Notes under the pieces: model-generated
Seen by the model: only the letters and a program-made list of their open reading frames with translations
Database searches by the model: none
What the model was told of the DNA's origin: nothing
Program-made: the position numbers and the translations under genes
Source: Octopus vulgaris
Taxonomy: Eukaryota
Direction of reading: 5' to 3'
DNA length: 64,000 nt
Assembly: GCA_951406725.2 (NCBI GenBank)
Contig: OX597816.1
Span: forward strand, 161,882,001-161,946,000
Shown here: positions 40,485-54,079 of the stretch, one piece after another
Numbering within the stretch: the first letter of the stretch is position 1
Layout: each line of letters opens with the position of its first letter

Positions 40485-40803
40485 TACACACATACAATAC
40501 ACACGCATACAAAAACAAACACATTTGTGTGTGTGTTTCTATTATGTAAAATTACGACAATAACCCAATCAGATAGGAATTTCTCTCTCTCTCTCCTCTT
40601 CTCTCCCCCTCACTCCCCTCTCTCTATCTATCTGTGTGTCTGTGAATAAAATTTGCCCATATATAGGCAAAATTTATATAAACACATACGTGCTCCAACA
40701 TGGTCGCAGTCAAATGACTGAAATAAATAGAAGAATAACAGAATAAAAGAATAAACATACATACGTATATATGTGAGTGTTGTATGTATGTATCTATATA
40801 TAC

Positions 40804-40852
<49 letters not shown>

Positions 40853-41548
40853 TATATATACACATACATACCTGTATGCATGCACATATATTTATATATA
40901 TGCACATGCATGCATATATGCATGTATGTATGATGTATGTCCGTACGTACGTGTGTGTGTATCTTTGTATATATGTATATATGTATGTATATGTATGTAT
41001 GTATGTATGTATGCATGTATGAATGCATGCATACATATATGTATGGATGGATGGATATATGTGAACAACTTTTCTTTAGACTCGATATGTTGAAAACACG
41101 GTCATGTCCTAATTTAGTCATTAAAAACAGATTTTATTAGATTTTATTTCACATCTCCAAGTCAGAGCTTTCCTTTGAAGTTCGTTTGGAAAAATAAGTT
41201 CCCAATGTTAATTTTTATCAACGGTTCCCGGTTATCTGTAAATCAAAACATAGTCGTGCTTTCAATATATGTACATGCATATTTATACTAATGCTGTTTT
41301 TTATATCTTTAGTTATAATAAAAAGAGTTCTACTTTAATCTGATGGGTTACTCTATAGGTGTTTTAGAGTAATAGTTTATTCTTACACAAAAATATTGTT
41401 GACAGTGACTTCGAAGTTTAGAGAAGTGAAGCCATGTGTACATATGCATATGTGTATATATGTATGTATATATATATGTATATATATACTGTATATATAT
41501 ATATATGTGTACATAGGTATATGTATATATATGTATATATTCACTGGT

Positions 41549-41868
41549 GAGGGCGCGTGGCTTAGTGGTTAGGGCATTCGGCTCATGATCGTAAGGTTGT
41601 GAGTTCGATTCCCGGCGACGCGTTGTGTCCTTGAGCAAGACACTTTATTTCACGTTGCTCCAGTCCACTCAGCTGGCAAAAATGAGTTGTACTTGTATTT
41701 CAAAGGGTCAGCCTTGTCACTCTCTGTGTCACGCTGATTATCCCCGAGAACTACGTTAAGGGTACACGTGTCTGTGGAATGCTCAGCCATTTGCACGTTA
41801 ATTTCACGAGCAAGCTGTTCCGTTGATCGTATCAGCTGGGACCCTCGTCGTCGTAACCGGCGGAGTCT
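41549..41868 (+). mobile_element. SINE family S3a, full length
   Basis: tRNA-like head (tggcttagtggttagg; gagttcgattccc), CORE-like gtgtccttgagcaagacac, and a 3' half shared with S3b. Confidence 0.9.
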
Positions 41869-41884
41869 TTTTTTTATATATTCA

Positions 41885-41944
<60 letters not shown>

Positions 41945-42883
41945 GTATATATATATTTATATATATATATCTATATATACACTGTATATGTATATATATA
42001 TATATTTATATATACACTGTATATATATATATATTTATATATACATATTTATATATATATACACACTGTATATATATATATTTATATGTATAAAAAATAT
42101 GTATAAAATATATAGAGATATACATATTTATGTTTATATATATATAACATTTGTATATATGTACATATATTATAAACACGTACACAAATACATGTACATA
42201 CAAACACACACACACACATGAATATGTGCAAACATGTACATGCAGACATATATAAATCTCTCTCTATATATATACATACATTATACACACTCACACACAC
42301 ACACAGACACACACACAGACACACACACAGACACACACACATAGACACTGACACACAATATATATATATATATATGGAAGTATATATAACATCCACACAC
42401 ACTCATATGTACATATATATATATATATATAACATACACACACACGCATATACACACATATATATACCCAATACACACATACTGACAATACATTCAGTGT
42501 TTACAGAGCATCTGAAATGATCGTAGCCTAAGCTAATATGTCTTACAGTATTTGGTAGTCTCATTTTCCTCTCAGTTGTGAAGTTATAATCCAACTGAAG
42601 GTCACGTTGTTTTCCATTCCATACGAACTTGTTTACACAAACACCCGTAGTACAGTGACGTACACATCACCACCTGGCCTCATCATCAGGATCAGTTGAC
42701 CTTCTGGCCAATCAGAAGATGTGTTTAAAAGATTTCGGTGAATCAGTTCAAAATCTTATTTAGATAAGGCAAACACCTCAAAGCACTTTATGAGTTAAAG
42801 AGGAGAGCATATGCATGGTCGCAGGAGCTGCTAGAAATGACAAATATATTTTCCTTGTATAAAATTGTCTTGTTCTAAAACAG

Positions 42884-43045
42884 AGGTGCGGCTGTGTAGT
42901 AAGAAGCTTGCTTTCCAAGCACATGGTTCCGAGTTCAGTCCCACTACATGGCACCTTGGGCAAGTGTTTTCTACTATAGACTCGGGCTGACGAAAGCCAC
43001 GTGTGTGGATTTGATAGACGGAAACTGAAAGAAGCCCGTCGTATA
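42884..43045 (+). mobile_element. SINE S1 head
   Basis: ggtgcggctgtgtagtaagaagcttgc...gaaagaagcccgtcgtatata. Confidence 0.85.
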
Positions 43046-43077
43046 TATACATTCGCCCTGATAGATTGCTAGCCACT

Positions 43078-43114
<37 letters not shown>

Positions 43115-43117
<3 letters not shown>

Positions 43118-44110
43118 TGTCTTTAAGACGCCAAACTAATTTACTTAGCCCTGTACTATGTCGTTTTTTACTATCCCTGAATGTTGAATAGTGGTTTGAA
43201 ATTCTCTTGGATAACTGCGCTAATAATAATAGTAACTGGAAAGAGGACACTCCTATATAGAAGAAGACATCGGTACCAGAGTAGATTCTACACTGGTAAA
43301 TAGAATTCTCGATCTTAAAATTACTAGACAAAAATCTAATTCTGTTGGGATTGTCCTCCGAGATCGAAACGAAGTTTTTATTGCTATGATTGTTGTTACT
43401 ATTATTATTAGCGCAGTTATCCAAGAGAATTTCAAACCACTATTCAACATTCAGGGATAGTAAAAAACGACATAGTACAGGGCTAAGTAAATTAGTTTGG
43501 CGTCTTAAAGACAATAATATAGATTTCAAGTTAGATTGGTTCATTCTGTCTGTATCCTTTCCTTTTGATAAGGGTAGGAGATTTTGTAACATGTGCAACT
43601 CTGAGCTCTTCCATATCCTCTTCTCTAAGGTTCCCCTTGTAAACACACTCATATAGAAATCCTATAAATGTAAGCACTGGCAGAAACATACTTTTTACTC
43701 TTACAAATGATTACGATAGGCATCGTGCTTTGAACAATTAGCTTAACATACACTCCACTTCAATATGAAATTCTTTCCTAAGCCTTTGAACATTCTTAAT
43801 CAACATACCCTTCCCTTTCCACTGGTTCCCTTCTCTTCCTACTATCTAACTTTAACTTTGACGTCAATTCTTCTAACGGTTTTTTTTAAAAATCACTTAT
43901 TGTCGTTTTGTTTACCATGTAGGCAGTCATCGAAATTTTTGTTTGTCTTGTTGCCGAGAGAGGCTCCCTTTCTTTCCTGATGAGAAGATTGCATCATACA
44001 CCCTTTATTCCTTTGGAATGAAACCATGTGGTCTTCGAAACGTATGTCGAGAGTAAAGGAATTTTGTTAACATCTTCATTCGACTCCATTCTTTCATTTA
44101 TTCATATATA
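43115..44110 (+). mobile_element. Penelope-like 3' end with an inverted 5' segment (GIY-YIG) and a 3' hammerhead
   Basis: Minus 43115-43390 encodes SIYQCRI...FYIGVSS...KRISNHYSTF. Plus 43395-43700 encodes KRISNHYSTFRDSKKRHSTGLSKLVWRLK...CNMCNSE. The 122-bp arms 43115-43236 and 43395-43516 are inverted copies. Confidence 0.88.
43967..44059 (+). ncRNA. Type I hammerhead ribozyme, intact, with extended stem II (predicted cut after C44048)
   Basis: ccttt-ctttc-CTGATGA-gaagattgcat(31 nt)atgtggtcttc-GAAA-cgtatg-TC-gagag-t-aaagg. Confidence 0.9.
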
Positions 44111-44295
44111 ACACACAAATTTCTGCAAATGAACCCGGAGTTTCTACCCTTGGACAGGTCGCTTCAACCGTGTTTCTGACGCGAATTTGCTACCCTGGTA
44201 TCGGTTCAACGAATTTTCCATGCTGACGATAAACATAGGATAATTCATTCACCAATTGAAATATATATATATATATATATATATATGAATGTATA

Positions 44296-44511
44296 TTCTT
44301 TTATTCTTTTACTTGTTTCAGTGATTTGACTGCGGCCATGCTGGAGCGTCACTTTTGCCAAACAAATCGACCCCAGGACTTATTCTTTGTAAGCCTAGTA
44401 CTTATTCTATTGGTGTCTTTGCTGAACCGTTTAAGTTACGGGGGAGTAGATGCACCACAATCGGTTGTCAAGTCATTGTGGGGGCGGGGCGACAAAGACA
44501 GACTTACAAAT

Positions 44512-44542
<31 letters not shown>

Positions 44543-44636
44543 CGACATGTTTTTTTCAGTTTTCGTATACCAAATCCACTCATAAGGCTTGCCGAAAATG
44601 CCATGATAATTCTTATCACACAGCCATGCTTGCGCC
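44296..44636 (-). mobile_element. SINE S1 with internal deletion
   Basis: Tail and body match S1. Confidence 0.85.
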
Positions 44637-46363
44637 TATACATACATACGTACATACATACATACATAAACATATATGTATATATATATAAATAAATATA
44701 TAAATATATATCTATATATCTATATATATAAATAATTTGGGAATACAAATTTCCAGATCAATCAGGTTACAACCAAAATTTCCAGTAGGGTATATAATGC
44801 TTTAATTAATACTTATATTTACTATTAAGAATTAATATATCTATATATATATATTTATCTGTATACATTTATTAACACGCGTATATGTATGTATATAAAT
44901 AAATATGGACATACACACGTGTTTGTATTTTCATGTTTGTGTATGTGTGTATATGTATTGGGTGTCCTTCTACCCCCGCCGCATTTCTAAGCGTAAACAC
45001 TCGCAATATGTATTAATATTCAAATATATTAATATACACCCACATTTATACACACACACGCACATGCGCGCTCGCATAGTCACACGTATTTGCACGCACA
45101 CACTTGCAAACATGCTTACACACGCGCACATTATATTCATAGCAATGAATTTATTCACGAGTATCAATGACGCATAAGATTGATAAAATGTTACTTTCAT
45201 CATACGAGAGACACTGAGAGACCCAATGTCTGCACCGTTGTCTAGGACGCAACTCTATCAGAATTTAACTCTTCCATATTTACCAGTGCCATCTATTTCT
45301 CAACTGTGTAAAATGCCGCAAATAGATTTAAACGCCTGTTCGGAGAATATAATGCAGTAGGCAACCGTGTATGCCAAATTTTCGCGATACGAGGTCACGT
45401 GCAGTTATCCAATCCATTTGACTCTGCTAGTCTACACGATAAGAAAGTAAACATTCGTAAATATTCCAGTCTTTTATTGATTGCATAGTGTATCACCTCT
45501 GACGTTTGAGCTATCCTTATAGTTTTTCACTATCTCGATGGAATTCCAGTATAAGTTGCCAATCTTATTGTAAACTCTGCCTTTTGTTAAGACTTTCAAA
45601 GCCATACCATGCTTAGCATGTTTCTGTTTAAAGGCAGCGCATTTGCTATTCCTCGCTCTCACACTTTCAACAATGCACTTTTAATTAACCACCCAATTCT
45701 TCATGATTGAATTGCAGAACTGCTCTGTCGATTTGCCAATACTTTTCTCTGTATTCTGAAATAATGATTCTCCAAATTCTATCCTCTGAAATATATAGTA
45801 TTTCATTTCCTTACTACCAATTCACCTATAAGAATTTCGTTCCCAGAGAGTGATGGACGGTTTAGTAAAGAATAGTAAATCGCTGTTCTCCTTCCGTCCG
45901 AGCTACGTTCCATGTAAGATTTCAATGTAGTGAGAAACAAATTATTGGTTAGCAATGTAATTCTAAACCACATCGGCTTGACGATGTAGAGGTAATATTT
46001 TGTTATGAGTTCAAACTCCCGTCAAGATCGACTCTGTGTTTTTTTTTCTTTTTTATCATTGCTGAGTTGATTAAATAAAATAATCAAGTTTATGGGGTCA
46101 ATTGACTCAATTTTTATTTAATTTGTTCCAATGTCTCCGTGTAAAACACGCCTATTTTCGGGTATTCTCCCAATTTGATACTCTTGTAGCAAATGAAATC
46201 ATCATCACCATCATCGTCGTCGTCGTCGTTGTTGTCGTCGTCATCGTCATCATCCTCATCATCATCGCTGGCCTCGTGATAGTTATCACCCTCCTCATCG
46301 TCGTCATTAAAGTCATCATCACTGTTGTTGGTATTGTTGTTGTTGTTGTTATTATTGTTATTA

Positions 46364-46400
<37 letters not shown>

Positions 46401-46432
46401 CATTATTATTATTATTAATGATATTAATATTA

Positions 46433-46640
46433 AGGCAGCGAGCTGGCAGAATCATTAGCTCGCCGGACAAAATATTAGCAGCATTTCGTCCGTCATTATG
46501 TTCTGAGTTCAAATCCCGCCGAGGCCAACCTCGCCTTTAATTCTTTCAGGTCTATGAAATAAGTACCAATTGTGAACTGGGATCGATTTAATCGTCTAGC
46601 TCCTTCCCCTAACATTTCAGGCCTTGTGCTTATAGTATAA
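46433..46640 (+). mobile_element. SINE S2 in an (ATT)n tract
   Basis: ggcagcgagctggcagaatcattagc... core and tail B. Confidence 0.85.
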
Positions 46641-47364
46641 AGGCTTATTATTATTATTATTATTATTAGCAGTGAAGCAGACTCATCGAATCGCAGTTTC
46701 CTACAAGACAATGTCGACGACGAACCGTTGGAGAGGTGTTGTTACATTCATGCGAGAAGTCTTTCTGCAATCCTGGGTCAAACGCACACCGAGGTCGGGC
46801 CCTTGGAATCTGTAAAGCTGCTAGGTGCTCACTGTTTTTACCTGTTGGACCATTTGGTTGGTTGAAAGTCAACCTTTTGCAGTCTATTGAGGTTTATTGG
46901 ACGTTGTGAGTGACTATGGCTGGCCAAAGAACAATTCTGGGCGTTGACAAAGGCTGTTTGGATCGCATGAGGGCTGGCAAATCGGGGATTATGGATACAA
47001 TTTAATGTCGTTGCCTTCCTTGATAGTACTGCATCTGAGGCATTGCTTTTAAGGATATGCACTACAGTTTGGCCATATTAAAACCACTGGCTATCAAACC
47101 TTTCCGAGATACGTACCAGGTGAATTGTAGTTCTGTGCGGTTTTTTTCGAACGTTTTTTATTCGAGCGTTGTATGGCATATTTCATCTTAATTCGATCGT
47201 TTTATCAATCTAGGCAGGGATGTACGAAAGTAATATAGCTATGACATTGGCATATACACCTTACATAGTTTTTCAGTTCAAATTCTGTGCGTTCTCCAGC
47301 ATGATCGCAGTTCAATGACTGAAACCAGTAAGATAATAAAATACTAAGTTTCTGAACATTTTCC

Positions 47365-47449
<85 letters not shown>

Positions 47450-47453
<4 letters not shown>

Positions 47454-47850
47454 TCACTAAATGTGACTGAGGGTGCCGGAGCACCTATATTGCTAAAAAT
47501 AAGAGTTAAAGACAATGCTATAAGTAGATATATACACTGACCGGGGAGATGACCGCCCTACGACCGTCTCTAGAATCCCTAGAATAGAAAAGTTTCACCT
47601 GTTTTGTCGGTATCGTCAATAGTGACTACTGAATCGGTCGATATTTTGGCTAAATCCATCCGATAATATATATACATGTTACCATAAAAATTTATGGCAG
47701 ATTTAGTGAAATGCTACGAGATACGCGAAACTAGTCTAGTCTGGAGACGGTCATAGGGCTGTTACCTCCCCTGTCACTGTATATATAACGCTCTTCTTAC
47801 AACATTAAGAGTCTTTTACTCTTATTTCTGCAATAAAAGTTTTCGTTTAT
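47450..47850. mobile_element. Diverged family H1 element with inverted arms, flanked by (TA)n
   Basis: 47490-47572 is inverted relative to 47740-47835; tail resembles 27905-27980; decayed HHR-like remnants (gaaactagtctagtc; rc ttgacga...gaaac). Confidence 0.55.
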
Positions 47851-47879
47851 CGTACTATATTGTACCTACCTGTTAATAT

Positions 47880-47931
<52 letters not shown>

Positions 47932-47974
47932 GTATCTATGTATATGCATATATATGTGTGAGAGTGTGTGTATA

Positions 47975-48019
<45 letters not shown>

Positions 48020-48030
48020 CATATATAAAT

Positions 48031-48091
<61 letters not shown>

Positions 48092-48258
48092 CATACATGT
48101 GAACACACATACATATGCGTCAACACACACATACCGATTTTAGTAGGAAAAATACGCATACGTATATATATATATATGTACATATATATATGTTTGCAAA
48201 TGTATATATGTATATATTTAAATATATACACATGTATATATACGTATGCACATATGTA

Positions 48259-48336
<78 letters not shown>

Positions 48337-49139
48337 CATATATACATATATATACATATAATATCTGTCTAAATGAGAACTTGCTCAACAGGAAATCGTG
48401 CTGTCGATTCCTTCTTTCCATTGACTGCTTCGTCTGCAGTTGATAAAGTACAGATATTACCTTCCTCTTTTCCTCCATTTCATTCTAGTAATATATTTGC
48501 GGCTAGGCATTGATCTTGTACTGTTAATATCAAGTCTGTTTCTGTCTTTTGTTCCGAACATTTGAGTTATTGTTAACTTTCATGTTGCTTCGCGTCTTCT
48601 CTGTCCAGTCCTACAGGTTTACTGAAGACTAATAAGTCTTCTAGTCTATGTTTTCTTTAGTGTTTTATCATTTTTTTTGTATTGTTTTGATCTTATTTTC
48701 TTGTTTGTTTTCTATAACTTCCTTTGTTGTGTTGTCTTTATCTTTACTTTGCGTCGTCTGTGTCGTTAATTTTCTTCAAGTTTGCACTTTACGGTTTTAT
48801 ATATTAAATTGCGAAGACCAAAGAATATGTATAAAGCATACATATTTATTAGTTTCCTCTTACTCATTACAAAGATCAGATAAATCTTGGCGTGATTTGA
48901 AATTTAAAGATCTTTGTAATGGTTAAGAAAATGGTGGTCGATTTAAATTTTAAGTAATAAACCCACGCTTTATCATAGCGAATGTAAATCGTTTTCAGAT
49001 TCTTGATCGATCGCTTCCTCCTTATGGCTTCTGTGAGAGTTTTGAAGGACTCAACGTACCACTCGCTGTTCAAGGTACAAGCGCAATCCCCAAAGACCCT
49101 TCTCGTTTCCCTAAACAGTTGCCATTATTTCCAGTCCCT

Positions 49140-50470
49140 TACATGAAAGTAATGCAAAGGTAGGTATAACGTTTTTATTAACTGAGTGAAATAGGTCGCT
49201 CAAAATGTACATGCTAGTAGAATAACTTTTGGTAATTCTTCTTCTGCACAAAAGTTGTTACTCAACACAGCTTCCATTACATGCGCTGTATTTCTGCTAT
49301 CATTAAACCAAACTCACGAATCTTTTTTGTAAACATCCGTTTGTATACTCTACTACATAATTCTTCAGTTTCTTTCACCTCATTTGTACCGTCAAATTGT
49401 TGTCCCCGAACACTGTCCTTTATTGCAATTAACATGTGGAAATCAGAAATAGCCGGTGAATGGAGGACCACTGACTAGCCTAATTTGCCTGTTAACTGAT
49501 TAGTGGCCAAAAATGTGTGTGGTCACGCTTTATCATAGCGAATGTGAATCGTTTCCAGATTCTTGATCGATCACTTTCTCATTATGGCTTCTGTAAGAGT
49601 TTTGGAGAACTCAACGTACCACTCGCCGTTCAAGGTACAAGCACAATCCCCCAAAACCCTTCTCGTTTCCCTAAACAGTTGCCGTGCTTTCCGATGCCGT
49701 TCACTGGCTCTTGTGCACTCCTAAGCTCTGTAAGAAGAGGTGAAACGCCACTCCATAAAAAAAGTTTAATTTTGAATCGTAATGCTATGTCTTGGTTTCA
49801 TCCTCCAGGTCAGAAATATGTGTCTTCATTGGCTTGAACATGTCCATCAGATTAGAGCAGACTTCTGTTAGGTGCGGCTGTATGGTAAGAAGCTTGCTTC
49901 CCAACCACATGGTTCCGGGTTCAGTCCCACTGTGTGGCACCTTGAGCAAGTGTCTTCCACTATAGCCTTGGGCCGACCGGAGCCTTGTGAGTGGATTTGG
50001 TAGAAAAATATCCCGTCGTATATATATATATATGTATAGTGAAAGCGCGTAGCTTAGTGGTTAGGGCATTCGGCTCACGATTGTAAGGTCGTGAGTTCAA
50101 TTACCGGCGACGCGTTGTGTCATTGAGCAAGACACTTTATTTCACGTTGCTCCAGTCAACTCAGCTGGCAAAAATGAGTTGTACCTGTATTTCAAAGGGC
50201 CGGCCTTGTAACACTTGCATCCTTCCTTCGTAAAGAACTGTGTCAGTTTATTGCTACTGCTTGGAATCTATTAATTGCCCGCCGTAAAGAAGATCAAGAA
50301 AAAAAGTTACTATAAAGAAAGACTTACTCTATCAATATATGCAATTTAAATGACCTACGTCAAGAAATGAGAAACGTTATGGCCAGTTTTGTATCATTTT
50401 CGGTAAAATCCTCATCTGATCCAATCTGCTTTTGTTTAGACCCAGTATTTTACTTTGTAATAGTCCTCTA
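49140..50470 (-). pseudogene. Mariner-family transposon relic interrupted by SINEs at 49870-50213
   Basis: EDET..HYD..MEWR; SPAISDFHMLIAIKDSVRGQQF resembles YSPDLAPSDF; possible TIR remnant ttactttgtaatagtcctcta. Confidence 0.75.
49870..50213 (+). mobile_element. S1 head followed by a partial S3a copy
   Basis: 49870-50018 matches S1; 50040-50213 matches 41549-41720. Confidence 0.85.
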
Positions 50471-51052
50471 TTTGTACCTATGATCCCATTACATTTCTCT
50501 CTGTTAGGTATATCCAGTCTTTATTTATCGACACCCGAAAGAATGAAAGAAAAGGTTGATTTCGGCCAGATTTGAATTCAGAAAGTATAGAGTCGGAGGA
50601 AACATCGCAAGACATTTTTATGGCACTCTGATGCTTCTGCCAGATTTTTCCACGCTAAAATAGAAATAATAGAAACGATCGAATCTCCACGAGATTCTTC
50701 AGCTATATCTGCTGCTGTTGCTGTTGCTGTTGTTGTTGTTGTTGTTGTTAAGCAACAAGACGGGTAAGGAGTATTAGATGGTGGTCTAGGGCTTAGGGGT
50801 GGGAGACCTCAGACCTTGAAAAAAAAAACTTTGGTCGTCTTGTTGTAGTCGAGGGCTCTTCGTTGACGCCCGACACCACTGGGAGGTGGCCCTCGAAGTC
50901 ACTGGAAATGGAGATCACCAGGTCCAAATTCTTGAACGGCTGCTGCTGCTGCTGTTGCTGCTTCTATGGATGCTGTGATATTTTATAAACTCCAGTCTCT
51001 GACAGTTCCCTCAATAGAAGTAAGATGTTTTAGTGAAAGAAACCTGCCGTAA

Positions 51053-51261
51053 CCCTTTAGCATTTAAACCGACCATATCCAGCTCAAATATACTGCCTGT
51101 TTTATGTTCACACCGACCAAATCCAGACTCTCACTCTTCTCTTAGAATATCATTCTAAAAATAAACAGTCGCAGCATCGAAACTTCGAAGCTACAAGATA
51201 ATTCAAAACAACATGAATAAATAAGCTCTATATTTATCGAAGTAATCTGAATATTAAAGGG
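51053..51261. mobile_element. piggyBac-type MITE
   Basis: gTAA|CCCTTTAGCATT ... AATATTAAAGGG|TTAA: imperfect TIR and a TTAA-like target. Confidence 0.7.
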
Positions 51262-51674
51262 TTAAGCTAACTTACCTCTTCCCCTAGTATATTAGATGTG
51301 TATGCATATAGGAGTCTACTATATTTGTATGTGTGTGTGCAATTTATGTTAATTTGTTCCTGTTAGATATGTTTGCGTAGCTTATATGAATCTGTAAAGA
51401 AAGAAAAAAAAATAATGCACGAATATTTGTCAGTTCAAAGTAGAGTAAAATTATGTTGAAATGATAAAAATTCATAGATATCACTCCCATGGTGGGTATC
51501 ATAAGTTATTATTATTATAATTATTGTTGCTAATGGTGTCATTACTTAAATGTTTAAAACGATAAGTTGGTGTCGTTAAATGAATCTTCTAAGAATACAC
51601 AAATACCATAAACACGCTCTTAGGCACATACATGTGCAGATAATGTACGCATACAATACGTATGTATGTACATA

Positions 51675-51879
<205 letters not shown>

Positions 51880-52596
51880 TGTATTAATATATTATACATA
51901 GCTAAACACAGACATTTTATGTGTCTCTGTATGCGTGTGTTTTGTGCGTTTAATTATATTTCTCCGATAAAAATATTGTAAACAGATGATTAATTATCTG
52001 ATAAACAAAAATAATATCAGTAAAATAACAACAACAACAACAACAATAATAAAGCGTTTTGTGTGTAGGTAGAATAAAACTTAAATGAAATATGTCACCT
52101 TTTTGGAAACATATGATCTCTAAAGAAGCTGAACTATTGAGAAGAAAAAGTAATTAATCAAGGTTAATGAAATTTGTAAGATTTTATAGCCCTACGACAG
52201 CTGTACACAATATTTTATATCATTTGCCAAGGAGTAAGCTTCTACGTGGTCTGTCACTCTGCAAGAAATAGCAGGCACATCTGTTTCGTATCATACTTAT
52301 TAAAAGACTGTACATATATATCATGTCTTATTAAAAGACAGTATATATATATATTTTCATTAGCTAGGTCTGAAGAAGGCACATTGCTCAGGGTCTTTGT
52401 TGGCCCTTTGTTACCAGTGAATTTGATGTTATGAATATGTCACTTAAGCTTTTGTAAATCTGACGTTTTCTTAATGTACTTACGGTTTGACGCTTATAAT
52501 TTTCTCCGCATTCTTGCAAATACATACACTTTTTGGTTGTTGGTTCTGTTGTTGAAGAGCATTATTAGGAATCAGTGAATACATTTTTTTAAAAAA

Positions 52597-53070
52597 GGCG
52601 TCGAGCTGGCAGAAACGTTAGCACGCAGGGCGAAATGCTTAGTGGTATCTCATCTGCCGTTACGTTCTGAGTTCAAATTCCATCGAGGTCGACTTTGGCT
52701 TTCATCCTTTCGGGGTCGATAAATTAAGTACCAGTTGCGTACTGGGGTCGATCTAATCGAACGGCACCCCGACCCTTCAAATAATTTCGGGCCTTGTACC
52801 TAGAGTAGAAAAGAATATATTTTCTTTGAAAATGGCGGCGAGCTGGCAGAGACGTTAGCACGCCAGGCGAAATGCTTAGCGGTATGTATTCCGTCTGCCG
52901 TTACGTTCTGAGGTCAAATTTCGCCGATGTCGACTGTACCTTTCATCCTTTCGGGGTCGATAAATTAAGTACCAATTACGCACTGGGGTCGATGTAATCG
53001 ACTTAATCCCTTTGTCTGTCCTTGTTTGTCCCCTCTATGTTTATCCCCTCTGTGGGCAATAAAGAAATAA
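52597..53070 (+). mobile_element. Two tandem S2 SINEs (tail B, then tail A)
   Basis: 52597-52813 and 52834-53069, each with a full head. Confidence 0.9.
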
Positions 53071-53630
53071 ATATATTTTCTTTAATGATCCCGCTTGCCT
53101 CGTACTTTTTACAATTGTATGTACTCGTAGAATCTTCAGCACCTTGGTGTCCTTTTTCAGCATCGGGTATATTTTGAAGAATAATATTATAGGCGTCGTT
53201 GTTTCAAGATTTGAAACATGTGGTAACAGTTTTCATTTCACACATGCTGTTTTGTTTTACTTGTTTTTGCATTCGGACATCATTTACCTAGGTTCGTTAA
53301 ATCCCATCTATTAAGGTCGGCGGATTTCAGTTGACGAGTATATCTTCAGTTTCTGAAATCATGCATTATGGGTATTTATAGCTCACACAAATTGCCGGTT
53401 TGAAAACATCAAAAAATTCAATCCAAACACTATTAACTTAATATAGTTGGAAACACATGAATAAATCTATTCCTTTAACCTGCATACATACATACATACA
53501 TACATACATACATACATACATACATACATACATACATACATACATACATACGTACATACATACATATATATATGTATATATATATGTATATATATATATG
53601 TATTTATATATATATATGTATATATATATA

Positions 53631-53664
<34 letters not shown>

Positions 53665-53825
53665 CATACATACATACGTGGAATGTACCAGTGACGACCT
53701 CAATAAAATGTAAGCACAACAGGCCTGATATAATGATTTGGAAAGAGGAACTGTGTACATATATATATATGAGCATGTCTAGATATGCAACTACATACAT
53801 ACATACATACATACATACATACATA

Positions 53826-54078
53826 CATACATACATACATAGAAACATACATATATACATACATATGTCTATATGTAAATATATACAGATCACCCACATA
53901 TTTTGACTGTTATTGTTGAATATAATTATTGTTATGTTATTGTTGAATACATACATACATACATACATAGAAACATACATATATACATACATATGTCTAT
54001 ATGTAAATATATACAGATCACCCACATATTTTGACTGTTATTGTTGAATATAATTATTGTTATGTTATTGTTGAATAT
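53826..54078. repeat. Tandem duplication of a ~127-bp unit
   Basis: catagaaacatacat...cagatcacccacatattttgactgttattgttgaatataattattgttatgttattgttgaata occurs twice. Confidence 0.9.
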
Positions 54079-54079
54079 A

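Noticed and set aside
41549-41620. tRNA-like sequences (also 25268, 39080, 61878)
   Set aside because: They are SINE heads that continue into SINE bodies; no complete cloverleaf or Pol III terminator was seen.
42500-42770. Unique, moderately GC-rich block with short open frames and CCAAT/TGACGT motifs
   Set aside because: Frames are interrupted by stops, no family was recognised, and such short motifs are expected by chance.
46670-47080. Possible LINE 3' end next to (ATT)n
   Set aside because: No diagnostic protein motif could be recovered by eye; left unclassified.
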